Positions 52,735 through 64,000 of a stretch of DNA of 64,000 nucleotides are shown here, piece by piece. The notes below the pieces were generated by a model. The model saw nothing but the letters and a program-made list of their open reading frames with translations, had not been told where the DNA came from and searched no databases. The translations under genes were made by a program, and so were the position numbers. Source of the DNA: Octopus vulgaris. Lineage: Eukaryota. Within the stretch, counting starts at the first letter, position 1. The number at the start of each line of letters is the position of its first letter. The stretch spans positions 52,142,001 to 52,206,000 of the forward strand of contig OX597818.1 of assembly GCA_951406725.2 (NCBI GenBank), written 5' to 3'.

Positions 52735-53260
52735 TCTATAATGTGAACATTATCAATACAACTTAAATAACGAATGTATGTTGTCTAAATGACCGAAGTT
52801 GTGGATTTTCTTTCTTGAAAATTCATTTTAAAGACGTATAGTGTTGAAAAATGCAACAATCTTCAGAGCTAAGCGAAACGAAATCGCCCCAGAAGTGATC
52901 ACGAAAGCCATAGATAGGTATTTCGCCGTAGTTGCAGCTAATCAATGTCGCTTACTCGTGACACTTCTGAAACAAAATCGAATCCGCTAGTCTGAAGAAT
53001 ATTGTAATCAATATATTATATTATTGATTCCATTTCGTCTCGGAGACAACACTGATATGGGACGTTGATAAGCTGCGCCTATGGCGAAATACGTATCTGT
53101 CACTCACATGATCATTTCTCGGGCGATTTTATTTCGCCTAGCTCTGATGTATACTGTGTTTTTTAGCACTATACATTTTTAAGGGATTTTTCCCTGATGA
53201 AAACCGCAGTTTACGGCATTTAAACAACACACATACTTTAAGTAGGTAGCATAGATCATA
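52735..53260. repeat. Long diverged foldback element
   Basis: CAGAGCTAAGCGAAACGAAATCGCCCAGAAGTGATCA pairs with TGATCATTTCTCGGGCGATTTTATTTCGCCTAGCTCTG; symmetry extends outward. Confidence 0.7.
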
Positions 53261-53472
53261 CACAAACACATTCGCCCACGCATTCATTCTACTCTATTCT
53301 GTTCCAGGAGTCAGCAAGCTATGGACCACGTATCAAATTCAGTGTAATCTTGTTTCACCTGGCCCTCCAACATTATTCATATCGAAATTCTTTTATATTT
53401 TATCAATCCTTGGTTAAAAATCAAGAAAATGAAGCATAAGTTTCATTTTGGTAGTGATAACAGGTAGATCAA

Positions 53473-53862
53473 TCTATATATATAAGGCTGAAGTTGTCTG
53501 TGTATGGCAGGTTTGGTAGCCTTCAACTAACACTATTTCCTCCGAGACCCTGCGGCGCAAGTTGACCAAAATTGAGAGTATGATAGAAGAAGGCTTGCTC
53601 TTCATTCCTTAGAAGATAAAATTCAAATCGGACCATGTTAACACCATAAATTATTTACATCAAAAGGTGCTTTTTTTTCTATGAAAATCCCTATTTTTTA
53701 CGATTTTTTTACCGCTGTGTCGCCATTTTTCGGTGTATTTCAACCAGAAAAATGTTCACTTAAAGAGAATAACAAGCTACATAATGCAAAATTTTTACTT
53801 TTCAAAAATTCCAATTCTAAAGGGTCGAAACAAATCAGAGCAATGCTGGGCGATACTGCTAG
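53473..53862 (+). mobile_element. Non-autonomous Helitron
   Basis: A|TC start, degenerate hairpin plus CTAG; homolog of 45059-45450. Confidence 0.8.
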
Positions 53863-54456
53863 ATTTTTCATATTAAGTAATGCCACATGACCACCATACT
53901 GTAAATGTAATACAGAAGCCACCGTGTGTGAGACAGAGGTAGTACCGAATGATCCCATCAAGAAGAGGACAGCAGAGTTGTGGTGGGCGAAACGGCAGGC
54001 CCTTTCAAGATCAGACTCAACAACCAAAATTCCTCTTTTAAAATCCAGGAGAGAAGTGACGTCACATCATTGGGGAGACACATATGGCTACTGAATGAAA
54101 ATACTCCACATTTTAACATGAACTGGAAATCAATGGCAAAGTTTTCAGGCCTTGCATTCGCAGTAGCAAAAGAGATCGATACGTTTAAATATAAGTGTCT
54201 GGTCTTTTATCTTTTCTTTTACTTGTTTCCAGCGGCCATGCCGGAGCACCGCCTTTAAGTAGAATGAATCGACCCCCAGGACTTATTCTTTGTAAACCTA
54301 GCACTTAATCTATCGGTGTCTTTTGCCGAACCGCTAAGTACGGTGACGTAAACAACGATCAGTTGTCAAGCGATGATGGAGGGACAAACAGACACACAAA
54401 TACATACATACATACATACATACATACATACATACATACATACATACATACATACA

Positions 54457-54488
<32 letters not shown>

Positions 54489-54912
54489 CACAATGGGCTT
54501 CTTTCAGTTTTCGTCTTTTTACTCTTTTATTTGTTTCAGTCATTTAACTGTGACCATGCTGGAGCACCGCTTTTAGTCGAGCAAATCGACCCCAGAGCTT
54601 ATTCTTTGTAAGCCTAGTACTTATTCTTTCGGTGTCATTTGCCGAACCGCTAAATTACGGGGACCTAAACACACCAGCATAGGTTGTCAAGCGATGTTGG
54701 AGGGACAAACACAGACACACAAACATATACACACACGTACATATATACGATGGGCTTCTTTCAGTTTCCATCTACCAAATACACTCACAAGGCTTTGGTT
54801 GGCTCGAGGCTATAGTAGAAGACACTTGCCCGAAATGCCACGCAGTGGAACTGAACCCGGAACCATGTGGTTCGGAAGCAAACTACTTACTACACAGCTA
54901 CGCCTGCGCCTG

Positions 54913-54945
<33 letters not shown>

Positions 54946-56592
54946 GTGTATACATAAATATATCTTTACATGCATATATGTATGTATACGGATATATATT
55001 TATGCGTAGAAATAATGTATTATATTTTCTGTGAAGGTGACGGGATAGGACATCTTACTATTCAGACATAGTTCTTCTTCAGGGTTGAGATGAGAGGCAA
55101 AACTAGAAGACAACCTCTGTGACTGGATATAAGTGGAATGGTACAGAAACAGCTTGGGAGTGAGTGGTTCGATAGAAAGAAGTGCCAGAGAGAAACTTCA
55201 ATGAGAAACTGAAGAAATAGGGAGCAGGATGGATAGGGAGAGAAAGAAGAGCAAAGGAATGAGAGAGAAAATTAGAGAAAATAGGAGCAGGAGCGGCTGT
55301 GTGGTAAGTAGCTTGCTTACCAACCACATGGTTCCGGGTTCAGTCCCACTGCAGGGCACCTTGGGCAAGTATCTTCTACTATAGCCTCGGGCCGACCAAA
55401 GCTTTGTGAGTGGATTTGGTAGACGGAAACTGGAAGAAGCCCGTCGTATATATGTATATGTGTATATATATGTGTGTGTGTCTGTATTTGTCCCCCCAAC
55501 ATCGCTTGACAACCGATGGTGGTGTGTTTACGTCCCTGTAACTTAGTGGTTCGGCAAAAAGAGACCGATAGAATAGGTACTAGGTTTACAAAGAATAAGT
55601 CATGGGGTCGATTTGCTCGACTAAAGGCGGTGCTCCAGCCTGGCCGCAGTCAAATGACTGAAACAAGTAGAAGAGAGTAAAGAGAGAGAGAGAGAGAGGA
55701 GAGATAAAGTATAAAACAGGAATTACTATGTTAAGAGGCGGTGAACGAAGAGAAGGAAAAACGTTCATTAACCGTAGCAATACAGCCGCGCTTTACTTGC
55801 TATGAGACTTTTCAAAAAGTTTCCATCACCATTCCAACAACCAAACACCTTCTGACTGACTGTGACTCGTCCACATTTTTCCTCCATCCATCAGCAAAGG
55901 CGACACAAATTTTAATGCAGGACAACGCATCTTCAATTTTTCTTTTAAATTCATACAGCACAGTTTTTTTTTTCACAGATGCCTGCTTCTTTGGAAACCT
56001 CAGACAACCACACGGCAATTTTAACAGATCATCATCGTTCATATTAAAGGAAAGTTGTCCCCTCATGGGACCGTCTGAGAGGTGGAAGGAAACAAGCACT
56101 AGGCGTTGAATATTCTTCCAGATTTGAAAAGCTGGTAATACTCGTAACACTGTAAAGCAGAGTACTGGCAGAAACGTTAGCACGCCGGGCGAAATGCTTT
56201 GTGGTATTTCGTCTGCCGCTGCGTCCTGAGTTCAAAGTCCGCTGAGGTCGACTTTGCCTTTCATCCTTTCGGGGTCAATGAATTAAGTAACAGTTGCATA
56301 CTGGGGACGATCTAATCGACTGGCTCCCCCACCCACCCCAAAAAAATTTCGGGCCTTGTGCCTAGAGTAGAAAAGAATACTCGAAACACTGTGGAGAGTT
56401 CAAACAACTTCTCCGTGCATCGGTTGTAACATCAGAAAAATCCCCGTAATTTTTTCCAGATTTCTTTTAGTCATGGAACTGCGGCCATGCTGGGGCATCG
56501 CCCTGAATGGTTTAGTCGAACAAATCGACCAAAGTAATTATTTTCCAAGTCTCATACTTATTTTAGCAGTCTCTTTTGCTGGACCGGTAAGT

Positions 56593-56931
56593 TGAGACCC
56601 CCTTCGGTCATGACTGACCATGGGATTGCACCTAGGAAGTTACCCTCCCAGGCACAAGTCCGGGCAAGGTTGTTTATGGAAGACCAGCAGTCGTCCATGC
56701 ATACCGGCCTCCCCTCTCCACGCCACCAGTGTTATGCAAGGGAAAAGCAAAGGGGTCGATACAGCTTGGCACCTGCGACGTCGCAACTCATTTCTACAGT
56801 TGAGTGAACTGGAGCAACGTGAAATGAAGTGTCTTGCTCAAGAACACAACACGCAGCCCGGTCCAGGATTCGAACTCACAACCTCACGATCGTAAGCTCG
56901 ACTCTCTAACCACTGAGCCATGCGCCTTCAC
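56593..56931 (-). mobile_element. tRNA-derived SINE (family C-like head, different tail)
   Basis: Minus-strand head GGCGCATGGCTCAGTGGTTAG...GAGTTCGAATCC; tail ...GTCATGACCGAAGGGGGTCTC. Confidence 0.8.
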
Positions 56932-57504
56932 GGTAAGTTACAGAGGCATAAATAAGCTAACACCGGTTGTCAAGCATTGATACAGAAAAGCAAAAACACA
57001 AAATACATGAACTCACACACATTATGTATTTTGTGGTGGTGGGGGCGTTGTTTCTACTAACGCTTGACAACCGCTGTCGGTTTATTTATATCCCTATAAC
57101 TTACCAGCTCAGCAAAAAAAAATGCTGCTTTGAAAATAAGTACTGGGATGGATTTGTTCGACAAAACCATTCAAGACGACACACAGATAGATACGTAGGA
57201 AGGTAGGTAAGTAGGTATAGATATTGTAATATATATATATATAGCAAGAGAGAGAGGTATAGATAGGTATAGATATTGATATACAGATGTATACACAGAA
57301 AGAAAGAGAGAGAGATAAGTATAGATATTGATATATAGGCGTAGGACTGGCTGTGTGGTATGTAGCTTGCTTACGAACCACATGGTTCCGGGTTCAGTCC
57401 CACTATGTGGCACATTGGGCAAGTGTCTTCTACTATAGCCTCGAGCCGACCAAAGCCTTGTGAGTGGATTTGGTACACGGAAAATGAAAGAAGCCTGTCG
57501 TATG

Positions 57505-57535
<31 letters not shown>

Positions 57536-58275
57536 TTCTTCCCCCAACATCTCTTGACAACCGATGGTACTGTGTATACGCCACCGTAAATTAGCGGTTC
57601 GGCAAAAGAGACAGATAGAATAAGTACTAGGCTTACAAAGAATAAGTCCTCGACTAAAGGCGGTGCTCCAGCATGGCCGCAGTCAAATGACTGAAAAAAG
57701 TAAAAGAAACATAAAACACAGAGAAAATGTTAGAGAGAGAGAGATGAGTATATATATATATATATATATATAAAACTGAGAATGTGTATTTTCTTATCTA
57801 TATATATATATATACAAATATATGCATATATACATACATATATGTACATACCTACATATATATGTATATATACATGCATATATGGGTACAGGACTTCAAA
57901 ATAACGTTGAACACAATGAGAAACCAAGGCATAAAAGCAAAAACATAGAAAACGAGCTTTTTTTCGAACAAAGAAAAAAACAAACAGAGAAACGAGACAT
58001 GCAACATAAAGAATATTCCCCTCCATCAGTTGTCCCTGTTTCATCTACTCCGCAGTGCGAAGGCAAGGACAATACGCGACTCCGTTGAAACAGTCCTTTC
58101 CGCAAAGCCAAATTAAATAAAATTTGGGATTTTTTGCGGAGGGTGAAAGTGGTAACAAAAACAGGACAGTGAGAGCAAGACAGTAAAAACAAATGGTGAA
58201 TGCTGTCAAGCCAAGACGATAGAAAAATTAGAGAAAGAGGTATAGATATTGATATATAGATATATTTACAGAGAG

Positions 58276-58325
<50 letters not shown>

Positions 58326-58378
58326 ATAGATATTGATATTTATATACAGAGAGAAAGAGAGAGAGGTAGGTATAGATA

Positions 58379-59427
58379 TCTCTCTATATATAAAACTGAG
58401 AATGTGTGTCTGTCTGTCTGTCTGTGTGTTTCCCTAAAACTTGAGAACTACACAACCAATTTCATTCAAATTTTACACATGCCTTCCTTAGGATCCATGT
58501 AGTTTCATGGGCAAAAAAAATGTCCAACTTCTTGCCTAGAGCGAGCCCATAGCAATATCATATCTTCTCCACTATTTCAGTATTACGTATTAAAAGTGAA
58601 ACAAAAACATTTCTCTATTTTATGTCAGATACTTTCACTTTAACAATAAAAATAATAATAACAATTGAATTATATGTAGTAAGTAATAATTAAAATCAAA
58701 CTAAAGTATAATATAATCGTAACATAATAAAAGTAAAAATAGCAATTGGTATAAAATTGCATCAATGACTTGAACTTGAATAAGTGGTTTCACATGAATG
58801 GGAATAAATTAAAAATAAAATTAGCATGCAGAAATGGAATAGTCCAGTTGGATAATAAAAAATTAAATTAAAGAAAAGACTATTATCTATAAAGTATACA
58901 ATGTAGAGAAAAAAGATTTGAACACCTGAAGGAAAGAACCATCGAAAAGTGTCTTGGTGCGACTATGAAAGATATCAAGTATCTAACCAGAGGCGGTAAA
59001 TTCGCCACAATAGAAGCAAGGTTCGAGTCAACGGAGCGTGCAAGGGAGTACTCGACTCGAACCTTGCAAAGTGGAAATATTTTATTTTTACCTTTATATC
59101 TGGGACGTAGGACGTCCAGGATAAAATTTTAAAATGTCCCCCCAGAAATAGAGGTAGGCTGGATTGTAGCCACACTTCTATACAAGAGGGAGGACAAAAA
59201 ACAATTGATCGAAATTGCAAGAGACGGGCCGACAATTCCAGTCTGTTATATATTTTGAGTATTGTAATCACTAGCAATATCAAGATATAACTTTGTATTT
59301 TATATTTTATGTGTAGATGTATATATATAGATGTACATGTAATATGTACACACACATATATATATATATATACACATATATACATGCACTAGCACTATGA
59401 CCCAGCAACGCCGGGTCATAATGCTAG
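58379..59427 (+). mobile_element. Longer non-autonomous Helitron (about 1 kb)
   Basis: TCTCTATATATAAAACTGAG start and ACCCAGCAACGCCGGGT...CTAG|T end. Confidence 0.7.
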
Positions 59428-59453
59428 TTGATATATAGATATATATATATACA

Positions 59454-59490
<37 letters not shown>

Positions 59491-60276
59491 GACGAAGACG
59501 ACGGGCATCCACACAGCTTCTGTCGACCGAATTAATTCCCAAATCATTATACCTATTTCTTTACTACCCACAAGGAGCTAAACACAGAAAGGACAAACAA
59601 GGACAGACAAACGGATTAAGTCGATTACATCGACCCCAGTGCGTAACTGGTATTTAATTCATCTACCCCGAAAGGATGAAAGGCAAAGTCGACAATTTGT
59701 AAGAAAACTGTGTAGAACCAGAAAGATCGAAAGCAAACCACCGTCTGATGACGGCGAGTGGGCCGAAACTTCGAAGCCACCATTAATCTTGTTTTAAAAA
59801 TTGATAAATATATGTGTGCATATCTACATGTTTTGTAATCAGCACATAAAAATGTCTTTCCTAAAGTGGTATAATGATATATTTATACTAATTATGTACA
59901 TTCAGACCATAAAATAATTAATAATTATATTAAATATATATATTCAAAGCCCTCATATTTGTGTCACAGGAAATAAAGTAGTACATTATATTATTCTGTT
60001 ACACATTGACTGAAAAATTCTAGAGGGAACATTTGTAACAGTAAAATAAAAATGCTATTAGTGTTTAAAAACTAGTTTTATAGAAACTTCTTTCAAAATT
60101 CCTATTTTGTTTTTCACACATTAACTCGTGTAGGTTGAACCTATAGGCGCAGGAGTGGCTGTGTGGTTCATTACCGCTGCGTGGCACCTTGGCCAAGTGT
60201 CTTCTACGATAGCCTCAGGCCGACCAAAGCCATGTGAGTGGATTTGGTAGACAGAAACTAAAAGAAGCCCGTCGTA

Positions 60277-60349
<73 letters not shown>

Positions 60350-60581
60350 TGTTTGTGTGTTTATGTCCCCGTAACGTAGCGGTTCGGCATAAGCGACCGA
60401 TAGAATAAGTACTCGGCTTACAAAGAATAAGTCCTGGGGTTGATTTGCTCGACTACATGCGGTGCTCCAGCATGGCCGCAGTCAAATGACTGAAACAAGT
60501 AAAAGAGAAAAAGAGAAAGAGTGGATGGCTATTATTAAACTTACCTGATAGAGAAGGGGCAGATTGGCACAATGGTTAGAG

Positions 60582-60905
60582 CAGGGCTTCTGAACCATTT
60601 TTTTTTTATCTATGGACCCCTTTGATTAATATTTTATTTTGGTGGACCCTCATAGCCATTCAATGTTTAAAAACTAGTTTTATAAAAGCTTCTTTCAAAT
60701 TTCCTATTTTGTTTTTCACACATTAACTTGTGTAGGTTGTACAATGTAAAATGTCAGAGAAAGAAACCCAGCTGTTTCTGGCAATACATACCAATGCATA
60801 CATCTAGAGCAAAAGTTTTTCCATGGCCCTTAAAATACTATTGTGGATCCCCAAAATCTTATATGGACCCTCAGGGGCCATGTGGGTCCTGGTCGAGAAC
60901 CATTG
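60582..60905. mobile_element. hAT-type MITE with a perfect 8-bp TSD
   Basis: GGTTAGAG at 60574-60581 and 60906-60913; ends CAGGGCTTCTGAACC / GGTCGAGAACCATTG. Confidence 0.8.
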
Positions 60906-60942
60906 GGTTAGAGTGTCAATGATAATGGTATTTTATGTTCAG

Positions 60943-61360
60943 GAGGCGGCGAGTTGGCAGAAACGTTAACACGCCGGACGAAATGCTTTGCGGTATTTCG
61001 TCTGCCGTTACGTTCTGAGTTCAAATTCCGCCGAGGTCGACTTTGCCTTTCATCCTTTCGGGGTCGATAAATTAAGTACCAGTTACGCACTGGGATCGAT
61101 ATAATCGACTTAATCCGTTTGTCTGTCCTTGTTTGTCCTCTCTATATTTAGCCCCTTGTGGGTAGTAAAGAAATAGGCATTTCGTCTGCCGTTACGTTCT
61201 GAGTTCAAATTCCGCCGAGGTCGACTTTGCCTTTCATCCTTTCGGGGTCGATAAATTAAGTACCAGTTACGCACTGGCGTCGATATAATCGACTTAATCC
61301 GTTTGCCTGTCCTTGTTTGTCCTCTCTGTGTTTAGCCCCTTGTGGGTAGCAAAGAAATAG
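60943..61360 (+). mobile_element. SINE family A dimer with 16-bp TSD
   Basis: GGTATTTTATGTTCAG at 60927-60942 and 61360-61375; internal junction at 61176. Confidence 0.9.
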
Positions 61361-61821
61361 GTATTTTATGTTCAGAGTTCAAATTTGCTTTTCATAGTGG
61401 TGGGCTCGGTAAATATAAAAAGCAGTCAAGAACGAGATTCGATTTAATTGACAATACTCACCCTAAAATTTTAAGTTTTATGTCAGTGTTAGAAATCAAT
61501 AACATTTCCATCGACGAGTTTTAGGTTATTATCAATTAATTATCTCAGTTATAACTAACATAGGTAGAAGGTCACAAATTATGGAACAATCGATTATAAC
61601 GATCTCTAATGCGTCACTGGTGCATTATTATATCGAACTGGAAGGCTGAAAGACAGAGCTGACCAAGACTGGATTTGAACGTTGAACGTAAAGCAACGTA
61701 TTAAACAACGTATAGCATGTATTTTCAAGCGCATTCAATAACTGTCTTTCAGATAAATTATCGTGTTTATCAATATTTGGAGCACTATTGCATATGGTGA
61801 ACACCTATTAGATATGTACAC

Positions 61822-63200
61822 TAGGGTGGAGCGAAAAAGGTACTTTTTACACAGATTTTTCGAAATATATTTTTAAGAATATATTTTTTTATTGCGAAAT
61901 TCTTTAAAAACAACTGTGTTAAAATCTGAAGTTCTTAAAATTTACACTTCCAGGCGCCGCAGCTCACTTGAAATTTTGAATAATGAACGAAAAATCAATT
62001 TATAACACATTTACCGTTCCTCGTTTTATTTTTACATTCACTTTTACGAATCAGTTTTCTTTTGTAAAATCCTTTGAAAACAAGGGTGTTAAACCCTCAA
62101 GCTCCAAAATTTATATCTTCAGATTCCGCAACACACTCAAAATTTCGAAATTATGTGAGATAAATAAACTTTTCGACTTTGTTTTCTATATTATTTTTAA
62201 TACTATGTTACCGAATATATGTGTAAAGGAACAGTCTGGAACAGGTTGGGTCTATACACTGTTTGGGTGCAACACAATTTCCTTCTTTGTTTCCAAAAAC
62301 TATGACACTTTATTTCGTTATTTACATAAAGAAATTGGTAACCACTTGGTACAGCAAGACTGAAGTTAGACATTTGTAAAGATAACCTCACAAAAACTCC
62401 AGCAGCAACAGAGCCGGTCAAATCCCAAGCGTCTGGGACAGGAGAATAGGCTGATAACACGTTGAAACACGTCTTCTCTCTTCAACGAACGCCATAGAAT
62501 TCTTCTTCCCAGTTTTTAGCGCATGTGCATTAGGGAACTTCCTTAGGCCTTTCCAGAAGGTTCCAGCCCCGCACCCGCACAATGAAGAATGACGTCACTA
62601 CATATGTGTTACACGAGGTCTAGATTACACACACATTAAAAAAGATTAAACGAATTGTCAAGATTGTAGGAGAAAAGATAATTCTTCTTTGGCAAAAGGC
62701 ATCCATCCCTGGTGCTACGATTGAGTCAGTTGAACTGAAAATCTTAAACTTTCCTTTGCTGACGTTGAAATTCTTTCTAAATCAACCTTTGAACGTTCTA
62801 TTTAGATACTGCTTGTTCTATTCCACCAATTATCATTTTCCGATTTGTCCGTTGATCCTGTAAAAAAATCTTGTTCTCTCTGTGGTACCTTTTTGTCTCT
62901 ACTACAACTGCAGTTTTTAAAGGAGTTGCACTTGTAACAGGAAATGTCAAATAAATCTTTTGTTACATTGATTTTCAACACATTGCATTTTGTTTGAAAC
63001 GATCGCACATTTTTTCTATTTTTCGCAGATTTCAGTTATGCTTGGTACTTTGGATAAGAGTATCTCAGTAGAAATCAGAACATAAAGACACAAATCTAAA
63101 CACTCCAAGATATTCATTTATTCAGACCCAAAATAAATAACCGTCTTTCAGATAAGTTTGTTTGAGAAGCTAACTGCTTGGTGATTTGGCAATTACACAG
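61822..63200 (-). pseudogene. Decayed DNA transposon, possibly hATm-like
   Basis: TAGGGTG-type terminus at 61822; minus-strand peptide LFDISCYKCNSFKNCSCSRDKKVP resembles a transposase Cys motif; frames are broken. Confidence 0.45.
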
Positions 63201-63378
63201 TTGCAAATCAAATTTAATTATAGGAGTGGCTGTGTGGTAAGTAGCTTGCTTACCAACCACATGGTTCCGGATTCATTCCCACTGTGTGGCACCTTGGGCG
63301 AGTGTCTTCTACTATAGCCTCGGGCCGACCAAAGCCTTGTGAGTGGATTTGGTAGACGGAAACTGAAAAAGCTCTTCG

Positions 63379-63452
<74 letters not shown>

Positions 63453-63468
63453 TAGATAGATATAGATA

Positions 63469-63499
<31 letters not shown>

Positions 63500-64000
63500 G
63501 TGTGTATATGTCTGTGTGTCTTTGTCCCCCAACATCGCTTGACAACCGATGATTGGGTGTTTACGTCCCCGTAACTTAGCGGTTCGGCAAAAGAGACCGA
63601 AAGAATAAGTACTAGGCTTCCAAAGAATAAGTCCTGGGGTCGATTTGCTCGACTAAACGCGGTGCTCCAGCATGCCCGCAGTCAAATGACTGAAACAAGT
63701 AAAAGAGTAGATATTGAAACTTAATAATCTAAATATGTGTAACGGAGTGGTTATCAGAATGCAACGGTCGTTGTCTATGTTGAAAGCGAAGAGGATAATG
63801 TTGACTCCGCAAAAGAAAGACAGTGGCCGAAAGACAGTGCCACGCAGTAGGACTGAACATGGAATCATGTGATTTGTAAGCAAGCTACTTACCACACAGC
63901 CACTCATACGCCTAATATTTCCTTAAGCACACAGCCCTTTATATTCTGTGTTCAAAACCCACCGGGGACATCTTTTCCAACAAGTACCAGTTATATACTG

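Noticed and set aside
55741-56183. Independent protein-coding gene (ORFs 55741+ and 55812-)
   Set aside because: No recognisable domain; partly overlaps a SINE head; more likely a decayed transposon fragment.

Overview
Eukaryotic, AT-rich genomic DNA dense in microsatellites and SINEs; the repeat complement looks like a cephalopod (Octopus-type) genome, which is an inference from the repeats. The window holds the 3' part of one plus-strand gene, an RFX4-type winged-helix transcription factor. I reconstructed 16 coding exons by hand between 3231 and 48761. All are bounded by GT-AG sites with consistent phases, giving 2412 nt, or 803 aa plus stop. The start codon and most of the DNA-binding domain lie upstream of the window. 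Introns and flanks contain at least three tRNA-derived SINE families, non-autonomous Helitrons, mariner/hAT/foldback MITEs, LINE fragments (CR1-like, RTE-like, L1/Tx1-like), Penelope-like hairpins with hammerhead-like motifs and a tRNA-Asn pseudogene. Two signals stand out: (1) an intronic 15-bp minisatellite whose units are RFX X-box motifs, a possible autoregulatory array; (2) a SINE that forms head-to-tail multimers always joined at the same AAATAG|GTATTTCG junction and lands inside older copies of itself, suggesting a circular or concatemeric intermediate or self-targeting. Almost all ORFs in the supplied track are microsatellite artefacts.
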